From: Paragordius varius
Lineage: Eukaryota > Animalia > Nematomorpha
Assembly: GCA_964247055.1 (NCBI GenBank)
Contig: OZ176053.1
Location: 1,178,001 to 1,242,000 of the forward strand
Length of the DNA stretch: 64,000 nucleotides
Direction: 5' to 3'
Positions 1 to 14,412 of this stretch are shown here, piece after piece. Numbering within the stretch: the first letter of the stretch is position 1; every line of letters starts with the position of its first letter. A program made the translations under genes and the position numbers. The notes below the pieces were generated by a model. The model was not told the DNA's origin and searched no databases. It saw only the letters and a program-made list of their open reading frames with translations.

Positions 1-1304
1 TCCCCCAAACACCCAATTAAATAACTGATCCAATCAAAATATTATCTTGGAACTTTTTAAAATGGAATAAAATAAATAAATGGGCGTAAATCAATCATTG
101 TTATATTAAATAACTTAAATAAAACTAAAATACCGTTACAGCTCGTTGTTAGTCAAAAATACCGTGCTTTTTATAGCTTTTCCTGTGCGATTTTAGATCT
201 TTCCCGCCTCTTATAAACAAATCCAAGAACCAGAGACCCCTAGAATTTTTTGTTAAAGCCTTATATAGTCGGGTTGGATTTTAAATGGTTTGAATACCGG
301 TTCTAAATCAGTTTTCACAAATCAGTACCGATTTCGGTTATTGAATATTGGTGGTAACTATCGCCTAAAATTAAACGGGGTCTTGTGGACTTCAAAAATA
401 TTATCATTCATTTTAGTTACTAAATATATGCTGATGGAATAATAAAATAAATATATGGAAGTTATGATTAATTTAATTTGTAGTCTTAAAAAAATTAATT
501 ATTTTTCTCTTTTTTTTGCTTTTCTCCATAAATATTAATGAAATCAAACAAGAAATTCCAATATAAATTATAAATTATAAAAGTCTATTTTTCCTGATTA
601 AAAATCAGTAAACTGCTATATATATATATATATATATATATGTAATTTGGCTTGTGTTGTCAATTGATAAGAAATATCACTAAGATAATTTCCATTCGTA
701 TAAGACAAAAATATAAATTAATATACTACTGTGTGTTTGTCAAAAAAAACAACTCAGAATACAGCATTAAGGAAAATTTTTCTGTCCATTTTTAATCACT
801 AACGTGATTTTTGCTTTTACTATACTGCAAAAGTTCTAGAAAATTAAATCAGAATATTAGTTTTTTTTTCTGTGATTTTTTGATTAAAAAAAATTCTATC
901 AGTTTTTCGTATAAAAAAAATTAAGTTAATCGTAGACTTTTTTTTATAATTTTAATTATTTGTAAAACCAAAAAAAAACGTTTTCCCCTTATCCTATGAT
1001 AAGTTTTGATTTTATTTTATTATGATTATATTGTGTAAAGTAAGTTGAGTTAAGTTAATATTAAATGGTTGCTAAATTAATATTCATTCCGTGTATTTAT
1101 TATTAGCAAGCGATCGACTTAAAGTCCACACAACAATACTTTGAGACCTCTGAAATAGATAACAAAAAATATTTTTAATTTATTTATTGGTGGAAAATAA
1201 AATTAAAAAAAAATCCAATCAAATCCCACATATATAAAATATATGTTTTCCCTAAAAGTGTTATAATGTTTTAGATTGTTTTTGAACCGTAAATGAATTT
1301 CAAA

Positions 1305-1344
<40 letters not shown>

Positions 1345-1433
1345 CTATAAAATATTTTTATATTTAGAATTTTAGAACTAATAATGGCTTAAATCCTTCC
1401 TACATTAACCAGTATAATATTTTTGAGGTTTTG

Positions 1434-1713
1434 CAGTATAAAATGGAATTATACGGACAAAGAAATATTTTTATCTCAAAGAAACAACCATACTTTTAAA
1501 ACCTTAATTTTTCTCATAGGAGCTATTTAGTTACAATTGTTAAATATAGAATTGATTGTGTTAGTAATATATATCTCTATTTCACACTTTGCCATTTAAA
1601 ATAATGTGTTATACTTAAATTAAATCAAGGTTTAAAAAGTATGGGGTTGTCTTTTAAAAAAAAATTTGTCTTTACATTTTTACGTTTTGTCCGTTTAATT
1701 AAAGTTTTTACTG
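1434..1713. mobile_element. MITE family A (CAGT...ACTG ends, ~280 bp, long imperfect TIRs)
   Basis: Left arm TATACGGACAAA...ACAACCATACTTTTAAAACC is mirrored by right arm GGTTTAAAAAGTATGGGGTTGTC...TTTTGTCCGT...ACTG|TA. Further copies at ~19895-20149, 27564-27802, 29248-29532, 50050-50341, 52701-52972 and 54437-54721. Confidence 0.85.
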
Positions 1714-2936
1714 TAAATTATATATTAGTCTAATCCTTTATTTTAATTTTGTGATTTTAATTGTTTTACAAAATATTATCATATAATAATAGTTGCGTTT
1801 GCATTTAGCTATGAATTATTAAGTCATAATTATTATAATCAAATTAAAAATAAATTAAAATTTCGAATAATAAAAATTAATTATTTTTGAGTTTTTGAGA
1901 TTTCCAAGATGTCTCTTTTTAACGCGCGCGCTTTCATAATTCCAATCACATAATAAAACTACAAACGAGGGAATTTAATTATTAAAAGCAAAATAATTTT
2001 ATAAGTAATGTTAATAAAAAAAAGTTTTTTTTATTTAAGAATATTTAATTTAATTTTTCTCTCAGATCAAAATCAAATAATGTTGTAATTTAACACAAAG
2101 AAGACACATGAAAGGACAAAACAGAATAGGATTAAAACTTAATTCTTAAAACATTCCAAACGCAGCAAGATGCAATTTGAAGCACAAAATTATTCTTATT
2201 ACTATTTAAGAAATTATGAAACTTTAAATTAAAAAATAAATGGAGAAAAAAGGGAAAAAATGAAATTAATAATAAAATTAATATCTTATATATCTAAAAA
2301 TAAATTAATTTAAGTTGTACTGTTTACTGTTTAATTTATTTAGTTTTCTCCTTATAAGTAAAGGGAAACAATTTTGGATTATAAAATATTTGTGTGGTCT
2401 GTTTTTCATCACACACTTTTTCATGAAATGAGAGAATTTGCTAGAATGGATGGAAAATTAACCAAGCGAAAATTAAATAACAAAGTTGACAAATTATAAA
2501 AATTATTAATTTATATTTATTTATACTATACTATCTCATCATACTAATAAACCACAGAGATGTCGTCAAACATTCGCAAAACTTTAATTAACTATTTTAT
2601 AATTTTTATGCTGCCTTTCATTGGTGGATGTCAAATTTGTCTTATATTTTAAAGTTTTTTAAGGTTAAAACATACCTAAGTTCGACCGGTTAGGACACTT
2701 AAAAGCTTGGCTGTTTTTGTTTTTATTAGAGCCAAACAAATAATTTGGTAGTTAAATATCTCAAATTGTTAATAACAAAAAGTTATATTTTCTAGTTTAT
2801 ATATTTTAATTCTACCAAATATAAATAAAATACGCGAAATGACTTGGTATATATGGAATATATGTCTTGTGATTGATTCTAACGAAGTTATCTTCCAAGT
2901 AAATTAAAGGTTTTTGTGGACCTATATAACCTAACC

Positions 2937-3180
2937 CAGAGGCGTAGCTTGCATTTTTGCACCCCGGTGCATGAATCCAAGATGGCGCCCCCCCTCTGTG
3001 TGACCCCTTGCATTTTAATTTAAATCAAATTTAAACAGTTGACAAGACACCACTCATAATTGGGTGATTTTTTAAATATATATTATTTAAAACAATAACT
3101 TTTAAATACCTATTTTTTATAAGATAAAATTAAAAAGTTTTAAAATCCGGTTCCCCTTTCCTCCCCCCGCTACGCCTTTG
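2937..3180. mobile_element. hAT-type MITE (244 bp)
   Basis: TIRs CAGAGGCGTAGC / GCTACGCCTTTG, flanked by a perfect 8-bp TSD ACCTAACC (2929-2936, 3181-3188) with central TA (Buster-like). Confidence 0.85.
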
Positions 3181-5099
3181 ACCTAACCTATATTCTAAAT
3201 CGTTCAATAATAGTGGTTACTTATGGGTCGAAAGGTAATATTCAATTTTTTCAAAATTTTTAAAGATTTCCTTATTTCGTTAGTCATAATTTCTAACCCT
3301 TCAATACAGCTAATATTTGATATTCTTCTATTAACGTCTTTTAAATTTTAAATCCAAAATATAATATTATTATTGTAAAAAAATGAGACACATATCAATT
3401 AGGAATAAAAAAATTAGGAATAAGCTATCAAAATGTGCGTTATAAATAGCAATAAACTTTTTACAATTGAAAATGCACATTGTATATTATTTCATATATT
3501 GCTGAGTAGAGTCTCAATATACCTATTGGGGTAGTTTCTTACTCCTGAGCCATTTAAAATATATATTATGAGATAATCTATCATATTACCTAAAGTAAAA
3601 AATATGCATTTTCTAACCTCCTTTTTTATCGCTGGGTGTTATCTTAACCTTACACTGTAAAAAACTAAAGAAACTGGATTAATTTTTTTTTATTAAAAAA
3701 AGTAAATATATAATTATTTATAAAACACAAAAACAGCTGTCTCAATAATACTTTTTCAGAGTTAATAAGCTCTGGTGGGACAAAAATTACCCCAATATAT
3801 CATTAATAAGGTGAAAATGTTGAAGTTTTATTAACAAAGTTCCCAATATAGTGTTACTTAAATTCATCAAATTTAATGATTAACGGTTTTCGAAGGAATA
3901 TAATATGATAGAAAAGTATTATATGTTAGACCTAATCTGTATAGATTTTAAATATACTGTTTTGTCATATAAAATACATTAATTAAAATATTCAAAATTT
4001 TAAAAAAAATCTGTAAAATGGAAAGTTAAATTGATGGGACCCAATATTCCACACAATAAAATAAAAAAATAATTGATAAAATGGGTGGAATAGGTATATA
4101 TCTCCTGGAGGACTAATAAATTATTTTTATATACATTATAAAAACTAAGGGCATATTTGATTTTCAATCATTTTTTTCTAATTGTATTTCAAAATATCAG
4201 TGAAAATAAAAAATAAGGCAAAAATATTTAGATGAAAACATTTATAAATAAAAAAACGCATTAAAAAAACTCAAAAAATAATTTTATGAATATACACAAT
4301 ACCTTTTGTTTTTAGGCTAGGGGGGCTTGTTCACGGGTGTCGATATAAGTTTTGTCACCAATTCGATCCATATATATGAAATAATATTTATTTAAAAATA
4401 ATTTACAGACATTAGAATAAATAAATTTTTATAAAATGTCAGAGAAAGAGAGGTAATAAAAGAAAAGGTCCTTTATTGTGTTTTTGAATGTAATGACCAC
4501 ATCCGTTATAACTGTCCATCATCATTATGAGAAATAATATAACACTGATAGCTCTTAACTCTGTTATAACCTATAAGCTAAATGATACGATAGTCATCAC
4601 AATTAATTTCCTCTAATATAATAAAAATTTTACTTTTTTTTAGTAAACTTTTGGTATGGAATAAATACCCAAACAGCTTATTTTCTTTTTATAACTTTTA
4701 GAAAACCACAAATGCACCATGAGTTCCAACATAATTAGTCCTAAAATATGAAAAACAAGAAAGAATAAAAATTAAAACTTTTTATAATTATATTTTCATT
4801 AATTGTTTGAGAGTGAAGGGATTACGTGCCAGATTCCCGGATTCCCTAATTAATATTTTGGTAAAAATGTATGAAATCCATTTAACCGTAAAATGCAAAA
4901 AGTTTGATTAATTTATATTTTATAGAAAGTTAATTGACAAAAACTTGTTTTTTTTCTAATGTAATTAATTTTATGATTGTGATAAAAATGAATAGTTATA
5001 CTCTCATATTCTTGAGTAAAATTTCTATTTCCTATTAAATGTGCAAAAAATATATTTATTTAAACGAAAATTATGGCTAAGGTCAGTACCAACAATTAC

Positions 5100-5800
5100 T
5101 TTAAATAATGATTGGGAAATGCATATAATTGGTGTAAGATCCACGGTTTCAGATTCCAAAATTTAGGATTGGGCTCAATATGCTTTTAAAAGATCAGATT
5201 TCGTGGAAATGAGTATTTGCTTTAACTAAAACGCAAAGCGGAACGAACATGAAATCTCGCCACAAAGCTTCGTTTCAATAACCGAAGAAAAAAAGTTGTT
5301 TTTTCACACTGAAGAATGTTTGGTTTAAATAGCGTTGCTAGTAAAATAAATTTTTTATCTTGCGATTTACAAATATAATGGGGTTAAAACTTAAATTTAG
5401 CGTAAAAGGTTACTTCATTCTTGAATTTATCATATTAACAACAATATGTTTTGTGATTAGTTAATTTTTATATTTTAAAAATTATGGTTATGACTGGTTA
5501 TGACCATAAAAAACATAATCAGTTACATCGGAAAATTTTTATTAAAAAGTCAATTAAAAATAAAAAGCTTAAATTTATATAATAAGCGATAAGTTAGAGT
5601 TGTTACTGAAAACGATATAGCTTAAAAAGCGTGAAAATCTGCATCCAAACGTTACTTAAAGTTTAAAACGACTAATAAGCAAATGACAGTCCGCTTGTCA
5701 CATAGAGTGATGAGGTAAGCATTTTTGGCGCCCGGTATTCTGATGGTTTTTCTTTCCCGGTTGCTAAAAATATAATTCTATTAATCTAGCGTTCTTTAAT
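5100..5800 (-). mobile_element. Possible highly decayed Tc1/mariner transposase relic
   Basis: Minus-strand fragments read FSD (~5530) and DLTP (~5140), about 130 codons apart as expected for the DDE domain; there are many stops. Confidence 0.3.
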
Positions 5801-6499
5801 TTATCCCCTTTCTACTGAGATCCTAACTAAGATACAAATTTATCAGAATTAATGTTTTGAAGGGTGGAGTCAATAACCCTACCAAATTTTTCATTAAGAA
5901 CATAAAATGCAACATTAATAATATGCCGAACAATTTAGTGAAAAGGGTATCCGCTCTAAAGCCCAGTTACTTTTTTTGGTTTCAAAAGCTATCGTAAATG
6001 GAAAAATAATTTAGGTCGTTTGACTTAAAGGTAGACATTGTTTTCTTATGTCTGAAAGGGTTACATAAACTTTGATAGTAAAGCTTTTCTAAGAAAGATA
6101 ATTTTTAATATTGCTGGGGCTTATTTAATATTACTTAACTATGAATTTTAGGATTTTTAGGCGATTTTAGTTAAAGGGATATTATTTAATATAATTGTTA
6201 AATTAAGCTTATGTGATTTACTATTTTGCTATTTTTCATTAAATAATCCCAATTATATGGCAAATATTATAATTATTATCTTTAAAAATCAAAATATAAC
6301 GAGAAAAAGCATAAAAATATTTTTTAGATATTATATTAACTGAAAAAATAAGCTTTTAATATGTACAAATTTTGTGTTAATGTGCCAAAAAGCCTATATA
6401 TTTATTTGTAATCAATACCAAACATTAATTTATTCAAAACCTTGTTATCTCACAATATGTAAAATGTTTGAGTTTGTTAACAAAACTGATTGTCATATA

Positions 6500-6760
6500 A
6501 TAAGACTGCATCTTTTTAGCGACAAATTAAATAATTTGTTCAAAAGTATTTCTTAAAATCAGCTGAGTGCTTAAAGTTGTTGGGTTACTTATATGCAGCA
6601 GTGGCATGCCCAATTTGACACATAAAACTTTGCTTTTTCTCCAGTTAATATAAGTGTCGCGTGAGGAAAACATTATTGAGATCAATTATAAGCAATATTT
6701 TCTCTGAGCACTATAATACCGATACTTAACAAAGTTAATGTGAACAGATAACATCTCATA
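6500..6760 (+). mobile_element. Possible decayed hAT transposase C-terminal fragment
   Basis: Broken frames resemble the hAT dimerisation segment (PNL...PV...ER.FS.LK.IK.YLRSTM). Similarity is weak and by eye. Confidence 0.3.
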
Positions 6761-9267
6761 TAATATTAAAAAAATGTTTTAATGTAAATTTTTTTCCAAT
6801 TTATTTCTACTTTTTTTTATTTTCAAAAAATTAATGGCCAAAGAAGATTTACGAAAGAATTTATATTTACAATCTATATAACGGTTTACTTTATGATGGG
6901 TGTACATTTAAGCTAAAATTAAATTTCTTAATTGAAAATTTAATTTACAATAATGGTAACATTTAACCATCAAAATAAAATAAATCTCATAATTAACTCT
7001 GCTTTTAAACCAAAAAAGTCCAGCAGAATTTTAACTTATAATTAATTTAGAATTTTTCCAACAATGCAATTACATATATTAATTCTAAATTAATATGTTT
7101 AATCACGTTTTTTTTAGTGTTGGAGACAGGAAGACGTAAAAACCAACAATGTACTACAATTAAAAACCTTGAAACTAATTATATCATAATTTTTAGTTTA
7201 ATTACACTGGACAACAAATTTTTCTGCCACTCGAGTTTTTTGCATTTTCGGATATTTAGTATCATTCTAACAATCCGAAATAAAAATTATAACCCGATGG
7301 AAGAATTTTGAATTATATGATTTTTTGATTATGCGCCCTCTTTATCAAAATTTTACTAAAAAATGTTTTTCTTTGAAAATATACAAGTAATGCCCATTTG
7401 TAATATATCATTCGAAAGAGTGATAAAAACTCTTTAAAATGCATACTAATATGTATTACATCGACAGTTAATATTGGACACAGAGAGCGACAAACGCGCG
7501 AAGCGAGAGCATTTTTTTTAATTATTATATTTTTAAAACTAATGGATGAAAATAGCTGAAACTTTGTTTAGATGGTGATGAATGTCCAAAAAAGATAACA
7601 CAAGAAAGTTTTTTTGATTAAAACATTATTTTATTGCTTTTATGTCACTCAAAACAGCCATTTTTAAGTTTTTTGTTTTTTAAAAATTACCATCTCATCA
7701 ATATTAATTTATTTTCTTTACGAGGCTGATAATTTCGAAATTTTTCAAGATAATAACAAAGTTTAAGGTATTTTTGATCTTTTAAAGCCATTATGTAATA
7801 AATTTACAGTTATAACTATGCATTTTAGTTTCCACTAGGCAAAATATTTATGATAGTAATAATTTTTATTAAAAAAGCAAACCAAAAGCTTTTTCAAACA
7901 TTTTTTTAAAATTAAATACTAATATAACCCTATTAATTATATTAAAATAATTTATATGATTTTCAAATTAATTTTTCTGTGAAAATTCTTGACTTATATA
8001 AGGATTGAAAATTTCGACCATTTAAATCCAAATAACTTTTACATCCGATTGATTTAAATGACTTATTACCATTTAAAAGATGCAGTTTTTTGAGCTCTTT
8101 TGAATGATATAAAATACATGGCTTCATATTTAAAACTTTTAATTTTCGAAATTTCGAGTTTAATGTTAAATCGGGGCCAAAAATTATCGATAAACTCTAA
8201 TATAAAAAAATTCTTTCATGCTAGACCAATTTTCTTTTCAGATATACTAATTATGTACTTTAATGAAATAAATTTTAAATTTACAAGAATGGCAGTTAAA
8301 AAAAGTTAATATTTGTTGTCTAGTGTTATTAACCTTGCGTAATCTTTTGCAAAATGAATATTAAATGTCTTATATAAACGATTTGATTTTTTCTTCTATC
8401 AATGGTTTTTTGGGGCACAAAATCAGTTACAAATAGTATCAATTTAAATATTAAATTGACAGCCTAAAATAATTTCATCCATCCCCAAGTAAAAAGTATT
8501 GCAGTGTAATTCAACTTAGCATACATTTTAATCAATTGCACTTCATATAAATATTGCAAACCATTTTACCTTATCACAAGCAGCACAAGAGGGGTGTCCT
8601 AAACCAATAGTTTCCCAGCCCGCATTTTTCAAAAAAATATATGGCCAATTTTATTTGATTTGAAACATAAACTGTAAAGAATTCTATTTATTTTAACAAA
8701 TTTTAGTTTGTTCCTTGCCAAAATTTGGAAAAAAAGTTAATCAGAAAATTTGTTGAAGAAAATCAAATAGATTAGACTTATCGCGGGCAAAAGAAGGCCG
8801 CGTTTTCGACAGCCCGGATATAGAGGCTGGCTAATGTTAATCCAAGGTTAGATTACCCCCTCCCCACCGAATTATGTTTAATTAAATGTTTTGGCAATAA
8901 AGGAAAAACATATTTTAATTTGATGTATTCAACGTAAAAATACAAAATATTTACATGATTGAATATATTTTTAATATTGTATTTACCATGTCCCAAAAGT
9001 TTTATCCTATAAATGCCAGGAAATTGGATAATCTTAAGCATTTAATGTAAAGCCAATAAATGTAAATTAATTTTAACTCATATATAATTGAAATATTTAA
9101 GAGTTTAATCCAAATATCTTAGTAAGCTCTTCTTTATGTTTACCTCATTATTTAAAATTTATATTTATTTTTACAAAATATATATATTAAAAGAACGCTA
9201 TAATCCAAGCTGTCTCAACTTCCTAAAAGTTTACATTCATACTAAAAGATATCATAATTATCATATA

Positions 9268-9510
9268 CCATTTACAAATCAAATTTACCCTCGAACAATT
9301 CAAATTCACCCTCAAATAAATAACATGTTTTTCAAGATTAGAAATTACCCATATTTTTGATATTCAAATTCTGTACAAAATTAAAATAATACGTGAAAAA
9401 ATGATAAATGCCATAAAGATATATTTCATATTAACAATGAGTTATATTAGTTCGAAAACACACAATTTATTTTTAGGGTGAATTTGAATTGTTAAAGGGT
9501 AAATTCAAAC
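9268..9510. mobile_element. MITE family B, degenerate copy
   Basis: Starts TA|CCATTTACAAATCAAATTTACCCTCGAACAATTCAAATTCACCC; right arm TTAGGGTGAATTTGAATTGTT. Same family as 20410, 31444 and 56609. Confidence 0.75.
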
Positions 9511-11320
9511 TCTACATACATTTTAAATTTCGGAAGGTATTCTCGCGCAATGCGCCAATTTTTAGAAATATCGGTAATTTGTATAGCCTTTTGCAGCAAA
9601 TGCAAATATGGACATAAATTGTAAAGTCAAAATTATCAATTATTAATAATAAAAAACTCTTCTTAAACGCAAACCGACATTTAAATCCTTAAATTCTCCA
9701 TTTTTACAATGTTTAACATTTCCCCCTTGGTTAGTAATAATATAAATTTGTGTTATTTTTTTAGCTAAAAAGTCCATAAACCAATATGATATAACTGTAC
9801 TTTTTAATAATTGATACAACTGTGGTAATTATTAAAAGATATAATTTTAGTTAAACTGCTTATTGTGGTTTATTTTATACCTTAATCTTTAATTTTGATA
9901 AATCACCATTAATATTTCTATACACTCAAATAATATTTGTGCAAGCTCATTAATTTATAATTAGATTATATATCATTTTTTAACAAAAATTTTTTTTATA
10001 ATAATTCATTTCATTGAATGTGATCGCATTAAAAAAGTGGATAATTTTGATAATTTTCCATCTCAAAAGTTTGTTATAAAGTGAAATTGAATGCACAAAA
10101 ATGTAATTGGTATTTTTGCCATAATAAGCCAACATGTAATTTAATAAAAAAAAATTGTTATTCTCCAATTAAAATGTCAAACGGTGGTGGACTCTCATAA
10201 ATAAATTATTATTAGCTTAGCTTAGGTTAGCATTACAAGGCAGCATTAGTTAATAAAAGAAAGTTAAAATTTTAAAATTAACCTTATATCGCTCGTATAT
10301 ATATATATATATATATATATATGAGTTATATTAGATTGATGAGATAATATAATTGATAAAATAAGCAGCATTCTGATTGAGAATGGAGAAAGGTTTAAGC
10401 CAATTTCATTCATTATTTCATTCAAGTGAGTTTTTGGTGGCCATTTTTTTTATCAAATTTAAAAATTTATTTTATATGCTATATTAAAACCAGCAAAGCA
10501 CCTCTTTTTCAATTTATCATCCATTATTAATCTCTTACAATGTGGAATAATAATAATAATAATAACACATTTTTGGAAAAAAAAAGTTAAAATTCTTTAA
10601 TTCTCGTTTCCCGTCCTTTTAAAACTCTTTCTGTCTGCTTTTAGAATTTTAATTTTTTATTCAATTTAGATCAAATTAAATTTTTGGTGCGTTTATGAAA
10701 TATAAATATTTGATAATGATATCGTCTCTCTATTATTTTAGCAGAGTTTATTTCAAATTTTTATTGTTTGAAAACGTTCAACATACAAATTAATATAGCT
10801 TAATTTTTTCAAAATTAAATTTGTATTTGTTTAAATTTTATAATGTTGTCAATTTTTTATATTCAGTCAACAAGTGCGTATATGATTATGTTTCAAATAT
10901 ATATATCCATTCATCATCTATTAATTTATCGGTTACTAATATAATTTAATATATAGATAATTATTATAAATTTGAAATCTATTATTTAAACACATGATAT
11001 CGTTTAAACAAAAAAATATAAATGCTAAATAAATTCCAACATGTGTTGTCAACAGCATTTTTGTGTTAACCATTTTAGTACGGATTTATTAGGTTTAATG
11101 TTATGTCCAATCAAAAATCATTTAAATGCCAAATAGGCCGTAAAAAGACTAAAATATAAATTTATATTATTTTTATATCTAATGTTTTAATTATATTTAA
11201 ATACAAACTATTACCAATTGTAGGTATATTAAAAGGCAGGTAGGGGGATCCAGATAAATATGGCCCAATTAAATTTCACAAAACAAAGCTTTTTATAATG
11301 CTTTTCTAATTTAAATAATA

Positions 11321-12272
11321 TATTAGATGTTGTCATAAGTTAATACCGGTTTAACTAAGAGAAGAGGTCAGAGAGTACGCAGACGATTAATTTGATACAC
11401 ACGACATTTTGTTCATCTAACAATAAACGTCAATTATAAATAAGTTGAGTATCGACTATTTTTGTTATAGAATAATCATGTCGAATTTTTTGCACGGAAA
11501 AGAACATTTGCGGCACAAATTTATATCTGGAGAAAGAGGTTATTGGTTAGTTATCATTGCTGGAAGTATCATATGGTAAACATATTCTATCGATTAGCAC
11601 ATGTTTGAATATTAAAATTGGTGATTTCATGTGAAAGAGTGTGGGCCTTCTGTTAAAATCCAGAACTACTAGGACGCTAAAGCGGTAGAATAATTGAATG
11701 ATTAATTATAAACAATTGACAGAAGACTTACATGTGTCACAAATAACCAATATTTGTCTACGAGCAATCGGAAAGACCAAATAGCTCAGCAAAGGGTTCC
11801 ACACAATTTGTAACGTGATATCGAAAATAACAAAGTCATGGAAAGAAATCATTTTTGTGAACTGGGACGGGTGATGAGTAATGGCCTGATTTTGTAAATT
11901 CGAAGGGGAAAATCGTGGCCTTATTTTGCCAAGCCGTTCCATCCACAATAAGGCCAAATCGCTTCACAAGAAAAGCATGCTTTGTGTCTTGTGAAATTAA
12001 ATTTTTTCACACCCGCGGAAATATCCTGATCGCGCTAATTGACTGATAACTTCGCATCAATGAGGACCATCGCAGAGTAGCAATCCAATAATTTCAAAGA
12101 TGTTGGAAATGGCATGGCTGATGGTTTGCCGCAAAAGTCAATCTGGCGCATTAATATATTACCTGAGAGATGAGCGGAATATGTAGATGCCTATTACAAT
12201 ATTTGATTTCGTTTTAAAATTACAAATGATTATACCAAATAACAGGTAAAAACTTTTGAACAAACCTGATAA
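11321..12272 (+). mobile_element. Decayed, internally deleted mariner element
   Basis: Ends TATTAGATGTTGTCATAAGT and (revcomp) TATCAGGTTTGTTCAAAAGT resemble mariner TIRs. Broken plus frames give AIGKTK..KGVPHNL (WVPHEL motif), TGD, PSTIRPNRF..K.MLCV and LPER. Confidence 0.75.
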
Positions 12273-14412
12273 TTGCTTTGAAATGTTATGTATAATAAAA
12301 TTCATCATCACCTTATCTAAAACGTTATATGTTCGAGCATCAACATTTAATATAGAATAAATTTCTTTGGCCTAACTTTATATGCAATAAAAATTCTATC
12401 AAGAATTGATTTGCTAGCGTATGGAAGATCTTTAATTAATTTTCTACATCAATTTATAAATAATATTACATAATTAAACCTTTTTAATAAATTTATAAAT
12501 TTTAGTCGTTCTGTCAATTCTTGTGTGATTTTAATTGTAGTTAAAACACACAAATAATTGTGTCTTGCTAAACAAATCGCTTTTAAACTTTGTCGGGTTT
12601 ATAATTTTATTAGAATCTTAAGTCAAAACAATGCCACACAGAAATTATTTAATATTCAACGAGTAAATGTGTCACTGGAGACTCATAATAATTTTGTTTG
12701 CATGTTATAGGTCATACCCGAAATAAGACACGAGTTTAGAAAGAGAGCATATGCCAACCAGGCAAACACACTTTTAGACTGTAGAAAAATTATTTTTGCA
12801 TATAATCTACATAATATCATAAATTTTATTTTGATTCATTTTTCTCCTTCTTAAAGTTGTGGCCTCAAGATCAATCTATTTATACATGCACTCTTGCCTA
12901 AATAATGATATATTTGAATAATATTATAATAAAATAATATGTGGCTTTCCTTATGCATACATGTCCATTTACTAACTATACGGAATCAAGTTTCAAAATT
13001 AATATTCAAATCTTTTCCACTTTTTTCTCTCGCAAATATATTTGTGTTTAGCTTTAATGCTAAGTAATTGCATAATTTTATTATTAATAATAACTTACTT
13101 TTTTTTAATAAGGATAATAATATTATTAATATATTACATATACAATTATATTTGAGTAAAACTATAAAAATATCTATAAATTGTGGTTTTAGTTTAATTT
13201 GATTTTCCAGAGACTTTGACTTTTTGCATATAGTAAAAATTTATATAATGAAATAAATTAATATGCCTGCCAGAATTATCAATATGTAACATCTTGCTAC
13301 ATGTCCAAAAAATTAAATATAAATAATATCATCATTATTATTAATAAAAAAATACTTTTATGACTTTGTATATTATACTTATTAATATGTATATTTTTGT
13401 TTAGTTTTATTATCTCAGTCGCATAAAATATAAATAAATTTGAATAAATCAGAATATTTGCAAGGCTCAGAGAGGCCAAAATTCATATTTTACAATTTTT
13501 GCAGAAACCTTATTTATAGTAATGAGGGTAAATATGTTATTTGCGTGCATAAATTTAAATAATATTTTGATTTTTAGAGAAATCGACATTCCTAAAATAT
13601 GGTAATTCTGTGAATATTTGACAGAATGTGGTTTGACCTAAAACATAATGTAACATCATCATTTGATTAACATTTTAATTTACCATTTGCATAATTTAAT
13701 TATAATGTAAGCGAAAATGTAAAGTAAAAAGTGCATAAGACATCGGAATAGAATTCATAATGCCAAATCATAAAATTAAAGAATATTGGATTTCATTTTA
13801 ACGGAAAAATTAAGACTTTTGAAAGAAATGTAACTGGGTTATTGGAAACATTTTTGGATTATTTGAAGAATAATGTTTGTTTGTATATATTAATGTGACC
13901 AGATAGGCTGTTTTTCTCAGTACAGTACTGGGTTTTCAGAAAAAAACTTCGCCTAAACTGCGCCCACTACTGCTTTTTGAATTAAAAAAAATAATTTTTT
14001 ATAAATATATTATATACCTTTTATTTATTCAAAATAATTATTTTAGAATTTAATATAGTACCGTCTGTAAAAATATCCCTATGATTTGTAAAGAAAGGTT
14101 CATTCGGTAAAAAAACTAAGATTGGCTATTTTTAATTGGTTAATATTCTATTTTTTGCTTGAATTATACATAAAACTTAAGCTTGTACCTTTTCACGCAG
14201 TGGTGAAACTATAAATCTAGATCGTAAGATTCAGGCTAATGGCTCTTTCACTCAGGGCTTCCGCAAAAGGAGGTGCCTAAAAATACAAATAACTTAATTA
14301 TGACATTTTAATAAATGTTTGATCATGTTAGAAAGTTTATTTTTTGTTGTAATTATCAAACGGAAAATTTTATGGAAAATTGTTATTCCCGTAACATATT
14401 ATATATAATTTA

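Noticed and set aside
7440-8330. Possible non-autonomous DNA transposon
   Set aside because: It looks TE-like in composition, but convincing TIRs or a TSD could not be matched.
8585-8820. Possible hAT MITE (GGGGTGTCC ... GACAGCCCG)
   Set aside because: The ends are too degenerate and no TSD was found.
6374-13479. Scattered 60-83 aa ORFs
   Set aside because: I/F/K/N-rich composition is typical of random AT-rich frames; 11706-11957 is antisense to the mariner relic.
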